In this document: positions 17,910 to 27,539 of the stretch, one piece after another
Position numbering within the stretch: the stretch's first letter is position 1
Layout of the letters: each line of letters opens with the position of its first letter
Virus record (IMG/VR): IMGVR_UViG_3300031992_000041
Location: 1 to 64,000 of that record
Reading direction: 5' to 3' (one strand)
Source of the DNA: a virus
Taxonomy: Duplodnaviria; Heunggongvirae; Uroviricota; Caudoviricetes
DNA: 64,000 nt
Position numbers and translations under genes: made by a program
Notes under the pieces: model-generated
What the model saw: the letters and a program-made list of their open reading frames with translations, nothing else
The model's database searches: none
What the model was told of the DNA's origin: nothing

Positions 17910-18293
17910 TTATTCCTCCTCATTAATATGGCTCTTCACCTTCGTCACGACGATCTCGCAGAGCTTGTCGCCGCAGATGTCCTTAAACTCCTTCAGTGCG
18001 TGCTCGGCGTTAAGCTCCATCTTTGCGATGGCTTTCTTCAGTTCCTCGGCATCCTCATACTGCTCGTTCTCCACGAGCCGGCGGAAGGCTGCCTTCATCT
18101 CGTTCAGTTGCTCAAAGTTGCCTTTCACGTACTGCCCCATCGTGATGGGTGTCACAATGGTCATGGCGCGCTCCATGCCTGTAAGTATACGCTTCATCCT
18201 GCGAAGCTCGAACCATGCCGTGATGGCAAACCACGTAATGAAACCGTTGGCAATAATTACCACGATTGTAAAAATGATGTTCAGTATCTGCAT
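17910..18293 (-). CDS. hypothetical membrane protein (127 aa)
   Basis: N-terminal TM IIFTIVVIIANGFITWFAITAWF then coiled-coil. Confidence 0.5.
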   Translation of the reverse strand: MQILNIIFTIVVIIANGFITWFAITAWFELRRMKRILTGMERAMTIVTPITMGQYVKGNFEQLNEMKAAFRRLVENEQYEDAEELKKAIAKMELNAEHALKEFKDICGDKLCEIVVTKVKSHINEEE

Positions 18294-18313
18294 AATCCTA
18301 TTTGTTTAATTGT

Positions 18314-18739
18314 TTACGGTTCCATGATTCCCATTGCCACGAACTCGCGGCACAGCTGTGCATACTCGGCATACTTCTGCGTCATAGCGAGCACCTTCAC
18401 GCCGTCTGTCAGCGAGTAGGAGGTGGTGCAGTACTCGCGCTTGCGCATCGTCGGGATGCTGCTTGGTATGGGCTGCGAGAGGTCGTTGCGCTCCGGGTCG
18501 CGGTAGATGCCGTAGCTCTCGCGCACCAGACTGTCGGGGACCTCCATCGTCACACAGCAGTCGGGATAGGTGCATCCGCTGAGCCAGTGGATGGCCTCGT
18601 CGGGATCTTCGGCAAAGAAGCAGAAGCCCACGCTGTCAGTCCTTTGTCCGCTCTTAGAATGGTCGGTGGCGTTCATCAGCCTCGCCCCGCCAATAAGGCA
18701 TTCGTATTCTGCCTCGCTCATGAATCTGTGTAGTATCAT
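18314..18739 (-). CDS. hypothetical protein (141 aa)
   Basis: ORF track. Confidence 0.5.
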   Translation of the reverse strand: MILHRFMSEAEYECLIGGARLMNATDHSKSGQRTDSVGFCFFAEDPDEAIHWLSGCTYPDCCVTMEVPDSLVRESYGIYRDPERNDLSQPIPSSIPTMRKREYCTTSYSLTDGVKVLAMTQKYAEYAQLCREFVAMGIMEP

Positions 18740-18754
18740 TGTCTTATATTTTGT

Positions 18755-20542
18755 TTAGTCGTTACTTAACTTCTCGCACAGGGCCTCGCAGAGCACGCGG
18801 GCCATGTTCACCTCCACGGCATTGCCGATGTATTTCTTCTGCTCGGCCTGCGTGCCGACGAGGGTGTAGTCCTCTGGGAATCCCATGATGCGCTTCAGCT
18901 CGCGGATGTTCAGCATGCGCATCTTTACGTCGATGATGCAGTACATGGCCATGAATTCCTTCACCTTGCGCGTCATCGGGCTATCGGTCTCGTAGATGGC
19001 GATGCCCAGGTCGCCGTGCTCAGTGGTTACGAGGTAGGGCGGCATCTTGTCCATGCGGGCAATCAGCGTGAAGCAGGGGCTGTCGATGCTGTTGCCGTCG
19101 CTCTTGTAGGAGAACGGGTTGGCCAGGAACTGGTCGGCAGATACGACGCTCTGCTTGGGGTTGTTGACGATGGTCGGTGCCACAGAGTCAATCGGCGACG
19201 GCGTGCCCTTGCCGTACTGGTTGTCGAGGAACCGGCGCGTCATCACCCTCACCTGATCCAGCGGCACGTCGGGCATGGGTTTGTCGAGGTCGATGCCGTC
19301 GGCGCTCACCAGCGCATGGCGCTCTTTAGTAGTCACGGTGGGGTTCGGCTCGTCGATGCTGGTGTTGTAGCCGTTGCCGAAGTAGGCGGTCACAAAGGCG
19401 TGCCTTGCCCTCGTGGTCAAAGTCGTCGCAGGTTTTTCGATGTTATGGTTATGTTCAGCACCCCCGTAATACTCAGTAAGGAACTTAGCCGATACTATTG
19501 CGTGGTGGTCTTTTGTTGTGACGGTGCCGGCGGGGCGGTCTATGCCCTGGTTCTTCCCCATGGGGTCGCCGCTGAACTGCTTCGACAGGAAGTTGACCTT
19601 TACGATGCCCAGCCGGTTCTGCACGGCCACCGTCGGACACGGCTCGTCTATCGACGGCGCGTTATGGTGGTGCTGCTGGTTCATTGAGTTATACTTCAGG
19701 ATCCATGCCTCGTGCTGTTTCTTGCCGCCTGCCACGAACTTGACGAGTCCGGCGTAGATGCGCTCCAGCGTCTTCTCGCACAGCGGCTTCTTCTTGCCGA
19801 AGATGCTTGTGCCCTCGTCCTGCAGGTCGAGCACGTCGCGCACCGCGTTCCACGGCTTGTACTGGTCGGGGAAGAGATTATTGAGGACGGCATCGACTTC
19901 TGCACGCTTGGCATGCGTCTGTCGTGGAAACACGATGGGCAGTCCCTTGCGGGCGAACTGTCCGAAGAACCGGCGGCGCGAGGTGTAGGCCCCGTAGTCG
20001 GCGGCGTTCAGGATGCGCCAGTCGTAGTCGTAGCCGTAGCCACGGACGGCGTTCACCCAACGGACGTAGCAGCGTCCCTTGTCACGGCTCACGGGCTTGC
20101 CGTTCTCGTCGAGGTCTCCCCAGCACATGAACTCCTCCACGTTCTCTATCTGTATGTAGTCTGGTCTGACGGCCTCGATGTATCGGAACAGGTGTTCTGC
20201 CAGCGTGCGGCTGTCGGCGTCACGGGGCTGACCGCCCTTCGCCTTCGAGAAGTTCGTGCATTCCAGCGACGCCCACAGCACGACGTGTGCCTCCGGGTAG
20301 CGTTTCTTCATCCGCTCCAGGTGCATCACCATCGGTGCCAGGTCGAGCGTGCGGATATCCTCGGTGAAATGTACCGCGTCGGGATGGTTGGCGGCATGCG
20401 AGGCGATGGCGTTGGCGTCGTGGTTGACGCAGGCTATCACCTTGGCGCACTTCCGGCCGTCGTGCCGTGCGCTCTCCACGCCGGTGGACGTGCCGCCCGC
20501 CCCGCAGAAGAGGTCGATGTATAGTAGTTGGATGTCGTTCAT
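18755..20542 (-). CDS. DNA (cytosine-5)-methyltransferase with six tandem repeat modules in the variable (target-recognition) region
   Basis: motif I DLFCGAGG, PC-type region, ENV (motif VI), motif IX/X RELKRIMGFPEDY…GNAV; variable region holds six repeats of ~[ST]I[DE]xPxPT[VLI]xTxxxxHAxV. Confidence 0.9.
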   Translation of the reverse strand: MNDIQLLYIDLFCGAGGTSTGVESARHDGRKCAKVIACVNHDANAIASHAANHPDAVHFTEDIRTLDLAPMVMHLERMKKRYPEAHVVLWASLECTNFSKAKGGQPRDADSRTLAEHLFRYIEAVRPDYIQIENVEEFMCWGDLDENGKPVSRDKGRCYVRWVNAVRGYGYDYDWRILNAADYGAYTSRRRFFGQFARKGLPIVFPRQTHAKRAEVDAVLNNLFPDQYKPWNAVRDVLDLQDEGTSIFGKKKPLCEKTLERIYAGLVKFVAGGKKQHEAWILKYNSMNQQHHHNAPSIDEPCPTVAVQNRLGIVKVNFLSKQFSGDPMGKNQGIDRPAGTVTTKDHHAIVSAKFLTEYYGGAEHNHNIEKPATTLTTRARHAFVTAYFGNGYNTSIDEPNPTVTTKERHALVSADGIDLDKPMPDVPLDQVRVMTRRFLDNQYGKGTPSPIDSVAPTIVNNPKQSVVSADQFLANPFSYKSDGNSIDSPCFTLIARMDKMPPYLVTTEHGDLGIAIYETDSPMTRKVKEFMAMYCIIDVKMRMLNIRELKRIMGFPEDYTLVGTQAEQKKYIGNAVEVNMARVLCEALCEKLSND

Positions 20543-21480
20543 ACTTCTTTATTATTCTGTTCTTCGATTCGCTTCAGGGCGATGTCGTAGTATTCTTTGT
20601 TGAGTTCAAACCCGACGTAGTGGCGGTGCAGCATCATGGCGGCAACGGCCGTCGTCGCCGTACCCATGAACGGGTCGAGTACCGTTCCGTCCTGCGGGCA
20701 TCCAAGGGATATACACTCAAAGGGCAACTCCACGGGGAATGTGGCGTGATGACCTTCGTAGCCCGGCTTCACCAGCACCGACCACACATCACGCTTGTTG
20801 CGCTTGCCGTCGCTCTGGTTGCCGCCACGGAACTGCTCCTGCCTGTGTCCGGGTACGACAAACTTCACCTTGCGGTGGTTGTACTCGTTCTTCCGAACTC
20901 CCGTGTTGGCAGGCTCGCGCAGGGCTTCCGAATCGAAATAGTAGCGGGCCGACTTGGTGAGCATGAAGATGTACTCGTGGCTCTTCGTACAGCGACACTT
21001 CACGCTCTCCGGCATCGGGTTCGGCTTGTGCCAGATGATGTCCTGACGCAGGAAGAACCCCATGTCGCGCAGGGCGAAGGCCAGCATCCATGGAATGCCG
21101 ATAAGGTCACGGTCTTTGGCCTCCGTCTTGAACTTGAATGAGATGGCGCGGTCTAACGTCCCACGGTTTGTCCCTTGCAGATACAGTTTGGCATTCTCGG
21201 GGTATCTTGCAGCCCCTTTGTTGCTTCCCGCATACGAGTCGCCGATGACCACCCAGCACGTCGCAGTTGGCTTCATCACGCGCAGCACCTCGCGGAACAC
21301 GTCGCACAGTCTGGCGATATACTCCTCCGGCGACGATTCCAGTCCAATCTGCCCTTCCACTCCGTAGTCACGCAGGGCATAGTAGGGCGGCGATGTCACC
21401 ACGCAGTCCACGCTCCCTTCTGGAATCCGCTTCATTCCTTCCAGGCAGTTCTCGTTGTATATCTTGTCAAGTTCCATCAT
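20539..21480 (-). CDS. beta-class DNA methyltransferase (N4-cytosine or N6-adenine; SPPY motif)
   Basis: DCVVTSPPY (motif IV) N-terminal, C-terminal LDPFMGTATTAVAA (motif I); start at MMELDK preceded by GGAGGAGTT. Confidence 0.85.
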   Translation of the reverse strand: MMELDKIYNENCLEGMKRIPEGSVDCVVTSPPYYALRDYGVEGQIGLESSPEEYIARLCDVFREVLRVMKPTATCWVVIGDSYAGSNKGAARYPENAKLYLQGTNRGTLDRAISFKFKTEAKDRDLIGIPWMLAFALRDMGFFLRQDIIWHKPNPMPESVKCRCTKSHEYIFMLTKSARYYFDSEALREPANTGVRKNEYNHRKVKFVVPGHRQEQFRGGNQSDGKRNKRDVWSVLVKPGYEGHHATFPVELPFECISLGCPQDGTVLDPFMGTATTAVAAMMLHRHYVGFELNKEYYDIALKRIEEQNNKEV

Positions 21481-21542
21481 AACTCCTCCTTTATCTCGTG
21501 AAACAATGTATATCTTGTCATCTCTATAGTCCGTTTGTCGTT

Positions 21543-22283
21543 TCACCACGAATCCCCTGGCATCATGCGGTATGTCTCACCGTCAAGCAAGAATCCATTC
21601 TTGTATTTCGACCGCTTCACTCCGTCTTCGCCCCATGCGCCCCACTGCTTGAAAAAGAAAGGCGTGTTCCAGCGCATACAGGCATCACGCAAGTTCGTGA
21701 ACCATTCAACAGGTGTACGACGGGCGCACGGTCCGCTCTCGCCGCCTGTTATGACCCAGTTGATGCCATCAAGGTTTATGTCGTTCATATTCCCAAGAAG
21801 CGGCTCACAACTAAGAAACTTCACGTTGTTGCACCTGATGTTACGCAAAGAGTCTATGCGGTCATAGTGCCGGCTGTTCTCGCACGTCACTCCCAGCCAC
21901 ACATTCTTCGGAAGCAAATGAGGATGACTTATAAAGTATTCCTCCATTCCCCACGGGCGTTTGGTCAGTATCTGGTAGGTGTGCTGCGGTGTCTTCTCAA
22001 TGACTCGCATAACTTGGTTTATCCATGTGTGAGGCACGTCTTCGTGGAACAGGTCGCCCATTGAGCAGACAAATACCATGCTTGGCTTCTTCCATTCGTA
22101 AGGATCCTTCATCACATTGACATTTCGCGCAACCTGAAATCCGTTCTCGTAACTCGAGATATGGTTGCCTTGCAACCTGCGAGCCATCACCTCCGCATAG
22201 CAGTTTTTGCACGCCTCGCTTACCTTCGTACAACCATGTATCGGATTCCAAGTTTTTTCAGTCCATTCAATTTTTCTCATCAT
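21543..22283 (-). CDS. phage Gp37/Gp68-family protein (DUF5131)
   Basis: N-terminal KIEWTEKTWNPIHGCTKVSEACKNCYAEVMARRL is the family's signature Cys motif; 246 aa. Confidence 0.75.
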   Translation of the reverse strand: MMRKIEWTEKTWNPIHGCTKVSEACKNCYAEVMARRLQGNHISSYENGFQVARNVNVMKDPYEWKKPSMVFVCSMGDLFHEDVPHTWINQVMRVIEKTPQHTYQILTKRPWGMEEYFISHPHLLPKNVWLGVTCENSRHYDRIDSLRNIRCNNVKFLSCEPLLGNMNDINLDGINWVITGGESGPCARRTPVEWFTNLRDACMRWNTPFFFKQWGAWGEDGVKRSKYKNGFLLDGETYRMMPGDSW

Positions 22284-22437
22284 ATTACTTTCTCATTATT
22301 TTCTTCCTTAACGACTATCAGTTTAACTTTATCTTCTTGACATAGCACTCTGGATTTGGGTAGGCGTAAAATCCTGCACATTTCCTATAAAGTTTTGCAC
22401 ATCCTTTACAATAGCCTTCATCTTTTTGCTTTCATAA

Positions 22438-22860
22438 CTATTCCTCCTTATCCCATGTTACATAATACGAGTCGCAATTATTGTGCGTACCAAGCAGATG
22501 ATCGTTACCGTCGTAGGGAATACATTGCTTCCACCATCCTCCAATGCAGTGGTACTGGTTGCCGCATAGTGGCTTGTATGTGCTGAACAGGTCCGCCTCC
22601 CAAGAGTCGCCATCATCAAGCCTTCTAAGCACCTTTTGGAATGGCTTGAACTTAGTTGGGTCATAATGTATAGAATCGTCAAATCTTTGTATATTATAGT
22701 CGCATAATACGGGAATACCGCATACTTTTCTCGCTCTTGAATCGCCGCAAATCCATTTCACCTCGTAATTCAAGTCAACGTCCGTGTAAAAGTCAACAAT
22801 GTCGAACACAGAATCGCCGTAAACGATTCTATCGCCTTTTGTAAATTTTGGTTGTGTCAT
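22438..22860 (-). CDS. hypothetical protein (140 aa), first gene of the low-GC island
   Basis: ORF track; marked drop in GC. Confidence 0.5.
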   Translation of the reverse strand: MTQPKFTKGDRIVYGDSVFDIVDFYTDVDLNYEVKWICGDSRARKVCGIPVLCDYNIQRFDDSIHYDPTKFKPFQKVLRRLDDGDSWEADLFSTYKPLCGNQYHCIGGWWKQCIPYDGNDHLLGTHNNCDSYYVTWDKEE

Positions 22861-23360
22861 ACTTTTCTGATTTGGATGTTTATTTTATCACCAGCAACTA
22901 TGTCAAGTGTATCTAATGTTGACTGTGGGACTTTGATAAGCATTCCCCCTGTAGATGCGCCTTTTACTACTTCTTTGGTTAACCCTCTTGCAGGCTCTTT
23001 AGGACACCCGTGAGCAAGAGCCATACTTTGCGCTTGAATTTCGACTTTTGCTTGATTCTTACCCCACTCAGAACCCCGATAGAATCCCTTTGCAAAGGCT
23101 AATTCTTGGGAATTGTCTTCCAGTGCATCAACAGTTGCTGCCCCTCTGTCATTGTAACCTTTCCATTCTCTTGCAAGTGCTTCTTCCAAATCCTCGCTTA
23201 CAGGCTCTTCTTGCATAGTGTCAAGTATAGCAAGAACCTCATTGTATGCCTCTTCCTTGCAACGTGTCTCCATTGCAATTTGTGAAGCGCAAACACCTCT
23301 TAATAATTGCGATTTCAGTTTTTCAACCTCTTCACGGATTTTCTGTACTTTGTCTGTCAT
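22857..23360 (-). CDS. hypothetical protein with C-terminal AbrB/MazE-like swapped-hairpin segment
   Basis: C-terminus GGMLIKVPQSTLDTLDIVAGDKINIQIRKV resembles the SpoVT/AbrB fold. Confidence 0.45.
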   Translation of the reverse strand: MTDKVQKIREEVEKLKSQLLRGVCASQIAMETRCKEEAYNEVLAILDTMQEEPVSEDLEEALAREWKGYNDRGAATVDALEDNSQELAFAKGFYRGSEWGKNQAKVEIQAQSMALAHGCPKEPARGLTKEVVKGASTGGMLIKVPQSTLDTLDIVAGDKINIQIRKV

Positions 23361-23363
23361 ACA

Positions 23364-23555
23364 TTATTCGCTTATTAAATTCATAACTTTATTGTACGAT
23401 TCTGCGTTTAAATTGTATTTCGTGCCATTTTTAAGGATAAGTATATAGCCTGTATAACTAAAACCTCCTTCTATGTGACACGAACTGATTTCGTCAACAT
23501 TGACCATTATTTCGCCACCTCTTCCTTGGGTTCTCAAACTAATAAAATGTGTCAT
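23364..23555 (-). CDS. hypothetical protein (63 aa)
   Basis: ORF track. Confidence 0.4.
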   Translation of the reverse strand: MTHFISLRTQGRGGEIMVNVDEISSCHIEGGFSYTGYILILKNGTKYNLNAESYNKVMNLISE

Positions 23556-23811
23556 ACCTCCTCTCCTTTCTGTGCTTTATTCCTTATACATCCCTCATAA
23601 GGTGATACATAACATTCATTATCTTTCTTCTGATACCAAAAACATTTAGTTGGTTTAAGACATTTATCTTCTGTCTCCACCTTCATAACTATTCAATTTT
23701 ATTTGTTGTATGTGTATTTGCTGGCTTTGGTTGCCTTTCATCGCAGAGAGCAGCACTGCAATACTGGCAGTGCCTATCTTCTGGTTTAATGTCAAATATA
23801 CACGGCATACT

Positions 23812-25020
23812 TTATTCCTCCCTTAGTTTCTTTAATTCATCTAAAATCTCTTTAAGTCCTATAGCATTAATACCACGATCTTTGTACATGCTAATAGCAT
23901 CTGTAATACACCCTAAATGAAATGCACTCGGCTTCCAAGTGTTCTGGGGTCTGAGGGATTTAAGCCAATCCATATCTTGATTCACAGCAAAACGTGTTCT
24001 GGTAAAGGTAGCACCTTTCTTACACATTCCATCAAGTCTTTTAAGGATACTTTCAATATGTTCTTCATCCTCTTTACTCCATTCTTGTTTTGGTACAAGT
24101 CCTAAGAGAATGTTTGCTTGTTCTTTTATTGCATTAGTATCATTCGGGTCTAAACCTGCATTTTCTCCAAAGAAGGAACCTCCTATATGCATCATTGCAT
24201 TTTCAAAATCAGTCAAATCACCTGTATTTTCTTGTCTCCATTCTTGCTTAGGTTGTGGTTGTACTTTGTCCTTGAGTGATTTAAGCCAATCCATCTCACT
24301 TGCATTTAATCTACTCATATAAGAAATACAATTATTGAGATGTATTATATCCTCTTCACTCCACTCAGCAGGCTTCTGTATAGTATCTATAAGTTCTTGT
24401 ATATGAGCATCAACATAATCTATTATATCCCCATTAGTTGGGGTTTCGTCTTTGCAATACCATCTAAATCTTTGGAATAGTTCTAACAACTTATCTTTTA
24501 GGATTGAATTGTTACATTCAGCAGACTTTTGTTTATATTTTGCTTTGGACGCAACATTGTAACCATCAGGAGTTTTTACTATCCATGCTCCAACTGGTAT
24601 TTCATAGTGACTACCATCTGCATTAAATAGTTTAAAAATACCATTGTGGTCATCGACATATTTCTCATACTCTTCAAAAGATTTGAACCACTTTCCAAAG
24701 TTCTTATCTTTACCTGTGAAGTCAATTACTTCTTTTAAATTATTACCTTTCCATTGAATCATATAAGGCTTCTGCTCGCCTTGCTTTTCAAGCAAAGCAA
24801 GAATTTTAGCCTTAAAAATATTTGAGTTGTCCACATAGTTATTAAGTATCGCAATGATACCTTTCCTTATCTCCTCATCCTCACTCTCTTTGAGTTCGGG
24901 GAAAAGGTCTTGCAAGTCGCTTATAAACGGCTTAGTTGTAGGATAGGCACATAATTGACGTGCCTTTTCTAAAGCCTTATCATAGGCTTTAGCCTTTTCT
25001 TCTATTGATAGTTCTTTCAT
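23812..25020 (-). CDS. hypothetical protein with internal repeats (402 aa)
   Basis: repeated EWS(E/K)ED…MDWLKSL(K/R) modules; low GC. Confidence 0.5.
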   Translation of the reverse strand: MKELSIEEKAKAYDKALEKARQLCAYPTTKPFISDLQDLFPELKESEDEEIRKGIIAILNNYVDNSNIFKAKILALLEKQGEQKPYMIQWKGNNLKEVIDFTGKDKNFGKWFKSFEEYEKYVDDHNGIFKLFNADGSHYEIPVGAWIVKTPDGYNVASKAKYKQKSAECNNSILKDKLLELFQRFRWYCKDETPTNGDIIDYVDAHIQELIDTIQKPAEWSEEDIIHLNNCISYMSRLNASEMDWLKSLKDKVQPQPKQEWRQENTGDLTDFENAMMHIGGSFFGENAGLDPNDTNAIKEQANILLGLVPKQEWSKEDEEHIESILKRLDGMCKKGATFTRTRFAVNQDMDWLKSLRPQNTWKPSAFHLGCITDAISMYKDRGINAIGLKEILDELKKLREE

Positions 25021-25104
25021 AATTCAATAAAGTTTATATTTAATTTCTGCCAATCAGCAAAATGTCTTGCAATACAAAACATATATATGTTTGTTATTAT
25101 CACT

Positions 25105-25413
25105 TTAACGCTTACAATATTGCTTTACTTCACTCCAAACTTCTTCTTTAAGTCTTATTTCGTCAGAACCATCATATTTCCAATGATAAGACTCATAAGA
25201 ATCTCTTTTTACTTTTTTGGAAAACATTCCGCAATATTTGCATTTTATTTCTGCCCAGAATGGTATAACAATAGAATCACCACTACCTTCATGGAAGTAC
25301 ATTTCTAAATTACCCCCACAAATAGGACATTTTGCTAAAGCGATTTCTTTATTTAATTTTTCCTCACGTTCAACATACTGTATCTGACGTTTAAGTAGTT
25401 CTTTATCTAACAT
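25105..25413 (-). CDS. hypothetical zinc-ribbon protein (102 aa)
   Basis: CPICGG…CKYCG. Confidence 0.45.
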   Translation of the reverse strand: MLDKELLKRQIQYVEREEKLNKEIALAKCPICGGNLEMYFHEGSGDSIVIPFWAEIKCKYCGMFSKKVKRDSYESYHWKYDGSDEIRLKEEVWSEVKQYCKR

Positions 25414-25415
25414 GT

Positions 25416-25760
25416 CTACAACATTTTAAGTTCATGTAATTTCTCTATCATAGCAACACAAGCATCAACAAGATTGTCTGCTTTAGTATATAAATCGCTC
25501 ATGTGTGGATATGTAATATAGTTGTCATCGAGATCTATTATTGGTTTACCACCTTGAATTTCTGGTAAGACACTAAGCAACGCTGCGAGACTCCAACATG
25601 GGTGTGCTAATCCGATTCCACTATAATGGCAGACAGGTTCTTTTGCATAGTTATATTCAAACGCATCTTTTGGATAGCACATATCCGCACTCTCTAATGG
25701 CAATATTTCTGCCAACTTCTTTGACTGCTCTATGTCTGTATAACTCTTAATTGTTGCCAT
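25416..25760 (-). CDS. hypothetical protein (114 aa)
   Basis: ORF track. Confidence 0.45.
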   Translation of the reverse strand: MATIKSYTDIEQSKKLAEILPLESADMCYPKDAFEYNYAKEPVCHYSGIGLAHPCWSLAALLSVLPEIQGGKPIIDLDDNYITYPHMSDLYTKADNLVDACVAMIEKLHELKML

Positions 25761-25896
25761 AGTTATATACTAAAAACATGATGTAATATTTTCAATCTCA
25801 TTTCCTTACCACATTCAGAACAGTAGGCATCACCATGTATATGCATGGTTGCAGGTTCTTCACATATAATACATTTTTCTGTAATTGTTGCCATAA

Positions 25897-26133
25897 TTAT
25901 TTCTTTTTAAGTTCTTCAATTAGTGCATCGGCATATCTTACAGCAAGGTTAGGAAAGGTATCTCCTTCTTTAAGATACACGCCACTATTTGCTAACAAAC
26001 CTTGCATAGCTGCTATTGCGGCCTGATTGCGCAGTGAGTTAATTGACTCAATGTAGCCCTCTTCATAACCTTCTTTATAGGCATAATATGATTCAGTACC
26101 ATACACTGCCTTGATTTCCTCTTTTGTTTTCAT
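25897..26133 (-). CDS. hypothetical protein (78 aa)
   Basis: ORF track. Confidence 0.45.
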   Translation of the reverse strand: MKTKEEIKAVYGTESYYAYKEGYEEGYIESINSLRNQAAIAAMQGLLANSGVYLKEGDTFPNLAVRYADALIEELKKK

Positions 26134-26156
26134 TGTTATTCCTCCTGCTTTTATTT

Positions 26157-26215
26157 GTGGAAGGCATGGACTCGAACCATTATAGACAGTCAGGCGAAAC
26201 CGCTCCTACAACTCT
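26157..26215 (-). other. tRNA-like 3' fragment (anticodon-arm 3' half, variable loop, T-arm and acceptor 3' strand); no complete tRNA
   Basis: rc reads …GACTGTCTATAATGGTTCGAGTCCATGCCTTCCACA: perfect T-arm ATGG/TTCGAGT/CCAT; no complementary 5' acceptor strand within 100 nt; sits at the boundary of the low-GC island. Confidence 0.4.
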
Positions 26216-26311
26216 CTGCCCCAACGGCAATCCCCCCAAATGGCCATCCGCCGATGGCCCAGAGTAGAAACTTTACTTGTTGATTTTAACATTGGATTGG
26301 AACAAAAGCCC

Positions 26312-26515
26312 TCACGGGCATATTCTGGTGCCAGTGCCGTCACACTGGCGGCTTAACTCTTCTGCAAACTCGATGGCAATATATTCTTTCAGCCTGTCGA
26401 AAGTGCGGCGCTGAAGCAGACCTGCCGAATCCATCAGGCTGTACAACTCACCAATTTCTTCATGCGACGCTATGATCTCCAGATCGCCATGTGGCGTCTT
26501 TCCGTAATGTATCAT
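26312..26515 (-). CDS. hypothetical protein (67 aa)
   Basis: ORF track. Confidence 0.4.
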   Translation of the reverse strand: MIHYGKTPHGDLEIIASHEEIGELYSLMDSAGLLQRRTFDRLKEYIAIEFAEELSRQCDGTGTRICP

Positions 26516-26527
26516 TCTTTTGATTCT

Positions 26528-27529
26528 TTATCTTGTTACATTTTTCTTGATCTTTGCATTCATCCGTTCAATCTCCTTGGCCTCCTTGGTCATCGTGTTC
26601 AGGATGTCCAGCACGAAAGGCAGGTTGCTGTCATACACTTGCTGCTGCTCGGCATAGCCGGCGTACTTCATGATCGTGTTGACGGTGCCCACCTCGCCGG
26701 TCAGCGCGTCGCGCAGGGGATCGCTCTTGCCGTCAGACTGGAATAGGAGAGGGTAGGAAGCGGCATAGTAGGACATGGCGGTCTGGTAGGCCTGGAAGCA
26801 GATGTGGAAGAGGGTTTCCAAGGATTGCGTCTTCATCTTCGCGGTGAACCACTTTGCCAGCCCGTCAGCCCGGTCATCATCGTACCTGTATTCATAGTGC
26901 AGGCGCAGGTGGATGCTGCCGCCCGTGGTGTCAAGCAGCGACAGGGAGCGCGGCGTGAGGATATGTGCAAGAAACTGTGCCTGCAAGTCCAGAGCCTGGG
27001 CGTCTGTAATGTCTTCTGCAAACAGTTGCGGCGCGATTGCCTGAAGGCTCCGATACTGGCACCATGTGATGTTGTTGCAGGCGGCCTGGGGTAGGGCAAA
27101 GTGCCTGCGGCCTACCCTGACATGCTCCAGCGGCATGATCATCGCGTCGCGCATGCTACTGACATAGCCACGCACGGGGTCACGGCCCTCCCTGACCACC
27201 TTTCCATTCTCGTCCTTCACGGCATCCTCGCCACGGTCACCATACGGATAGTCAAACCAGGCCATGGCATGCCTTGCCACGTGTGCGGCCTCCCTGGCCG
27301 TCACCGCCCAAAGCCCGCCGTCCCTGTCCCGCAGGCGGTAGACCGTCTCTCCGCTGCGGTCGCTGACCGTGGCCTCCTGCCTCCCTGCCTTCAGCCCCAG
27401 CAGCGCAAGCATCGCGGACACCCTGGCCACGTCGGCATTGCCGCCATATCGCCGCTTCACGCTCCACATCATGGAGAGTTGCTGCCACGTGAGCGCGCTC
27501 CAACTTCCGGGTAGTGACTTCAAAACCAT
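26528..27529 (-). CDS. hypothetical protein (334 aa; start at internal MVLKSL)
   Basis: ATG (rc) at 27527-27529, 10 nt downstream of the upstream gene stop; part of the replication module. Confidence 0.5.
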   Translation of the reverse strand: MVLKSLPGSWSALTWQQLSMMWSVKRRYGGNADVARVSAMLALLGLKAGRQEATVSDRSGETVYRLRDRDGGLWAVTAREAAHVARHAMAWFDYPYGDRGEDAVKDENGKVVREGRDPVRGYVSSMRDAMIMPLEHVRVGRRHFALPQAACNNITWCQYRSLQAIAPQLFAEDITDAQALDLQAQFLAHILTPRSLSLLDTTGGSIHLRLHYEYRYDDDRADGLAKWFTAKMKTQSLETLFHICFQAYQTAMSYYAASYPLLFQSDGKSDPLRDALTGEVGTVNTIMKYAGYAEQQQVYDSNLPFVLDILNTMTKEAKEIERMNAKIKKNVTR

Positions 27530-27539
27530 ACTTGCTTGC

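Noticed and set aside
26157-26215. Complete tRNA genes at 26.16 kb and 58.82 kb
   Set aside because: Only T-arm and 3' acceptor-like segments are present. No complementary 5' acceptor strand or D-arm could be found within 100 nt on either side.
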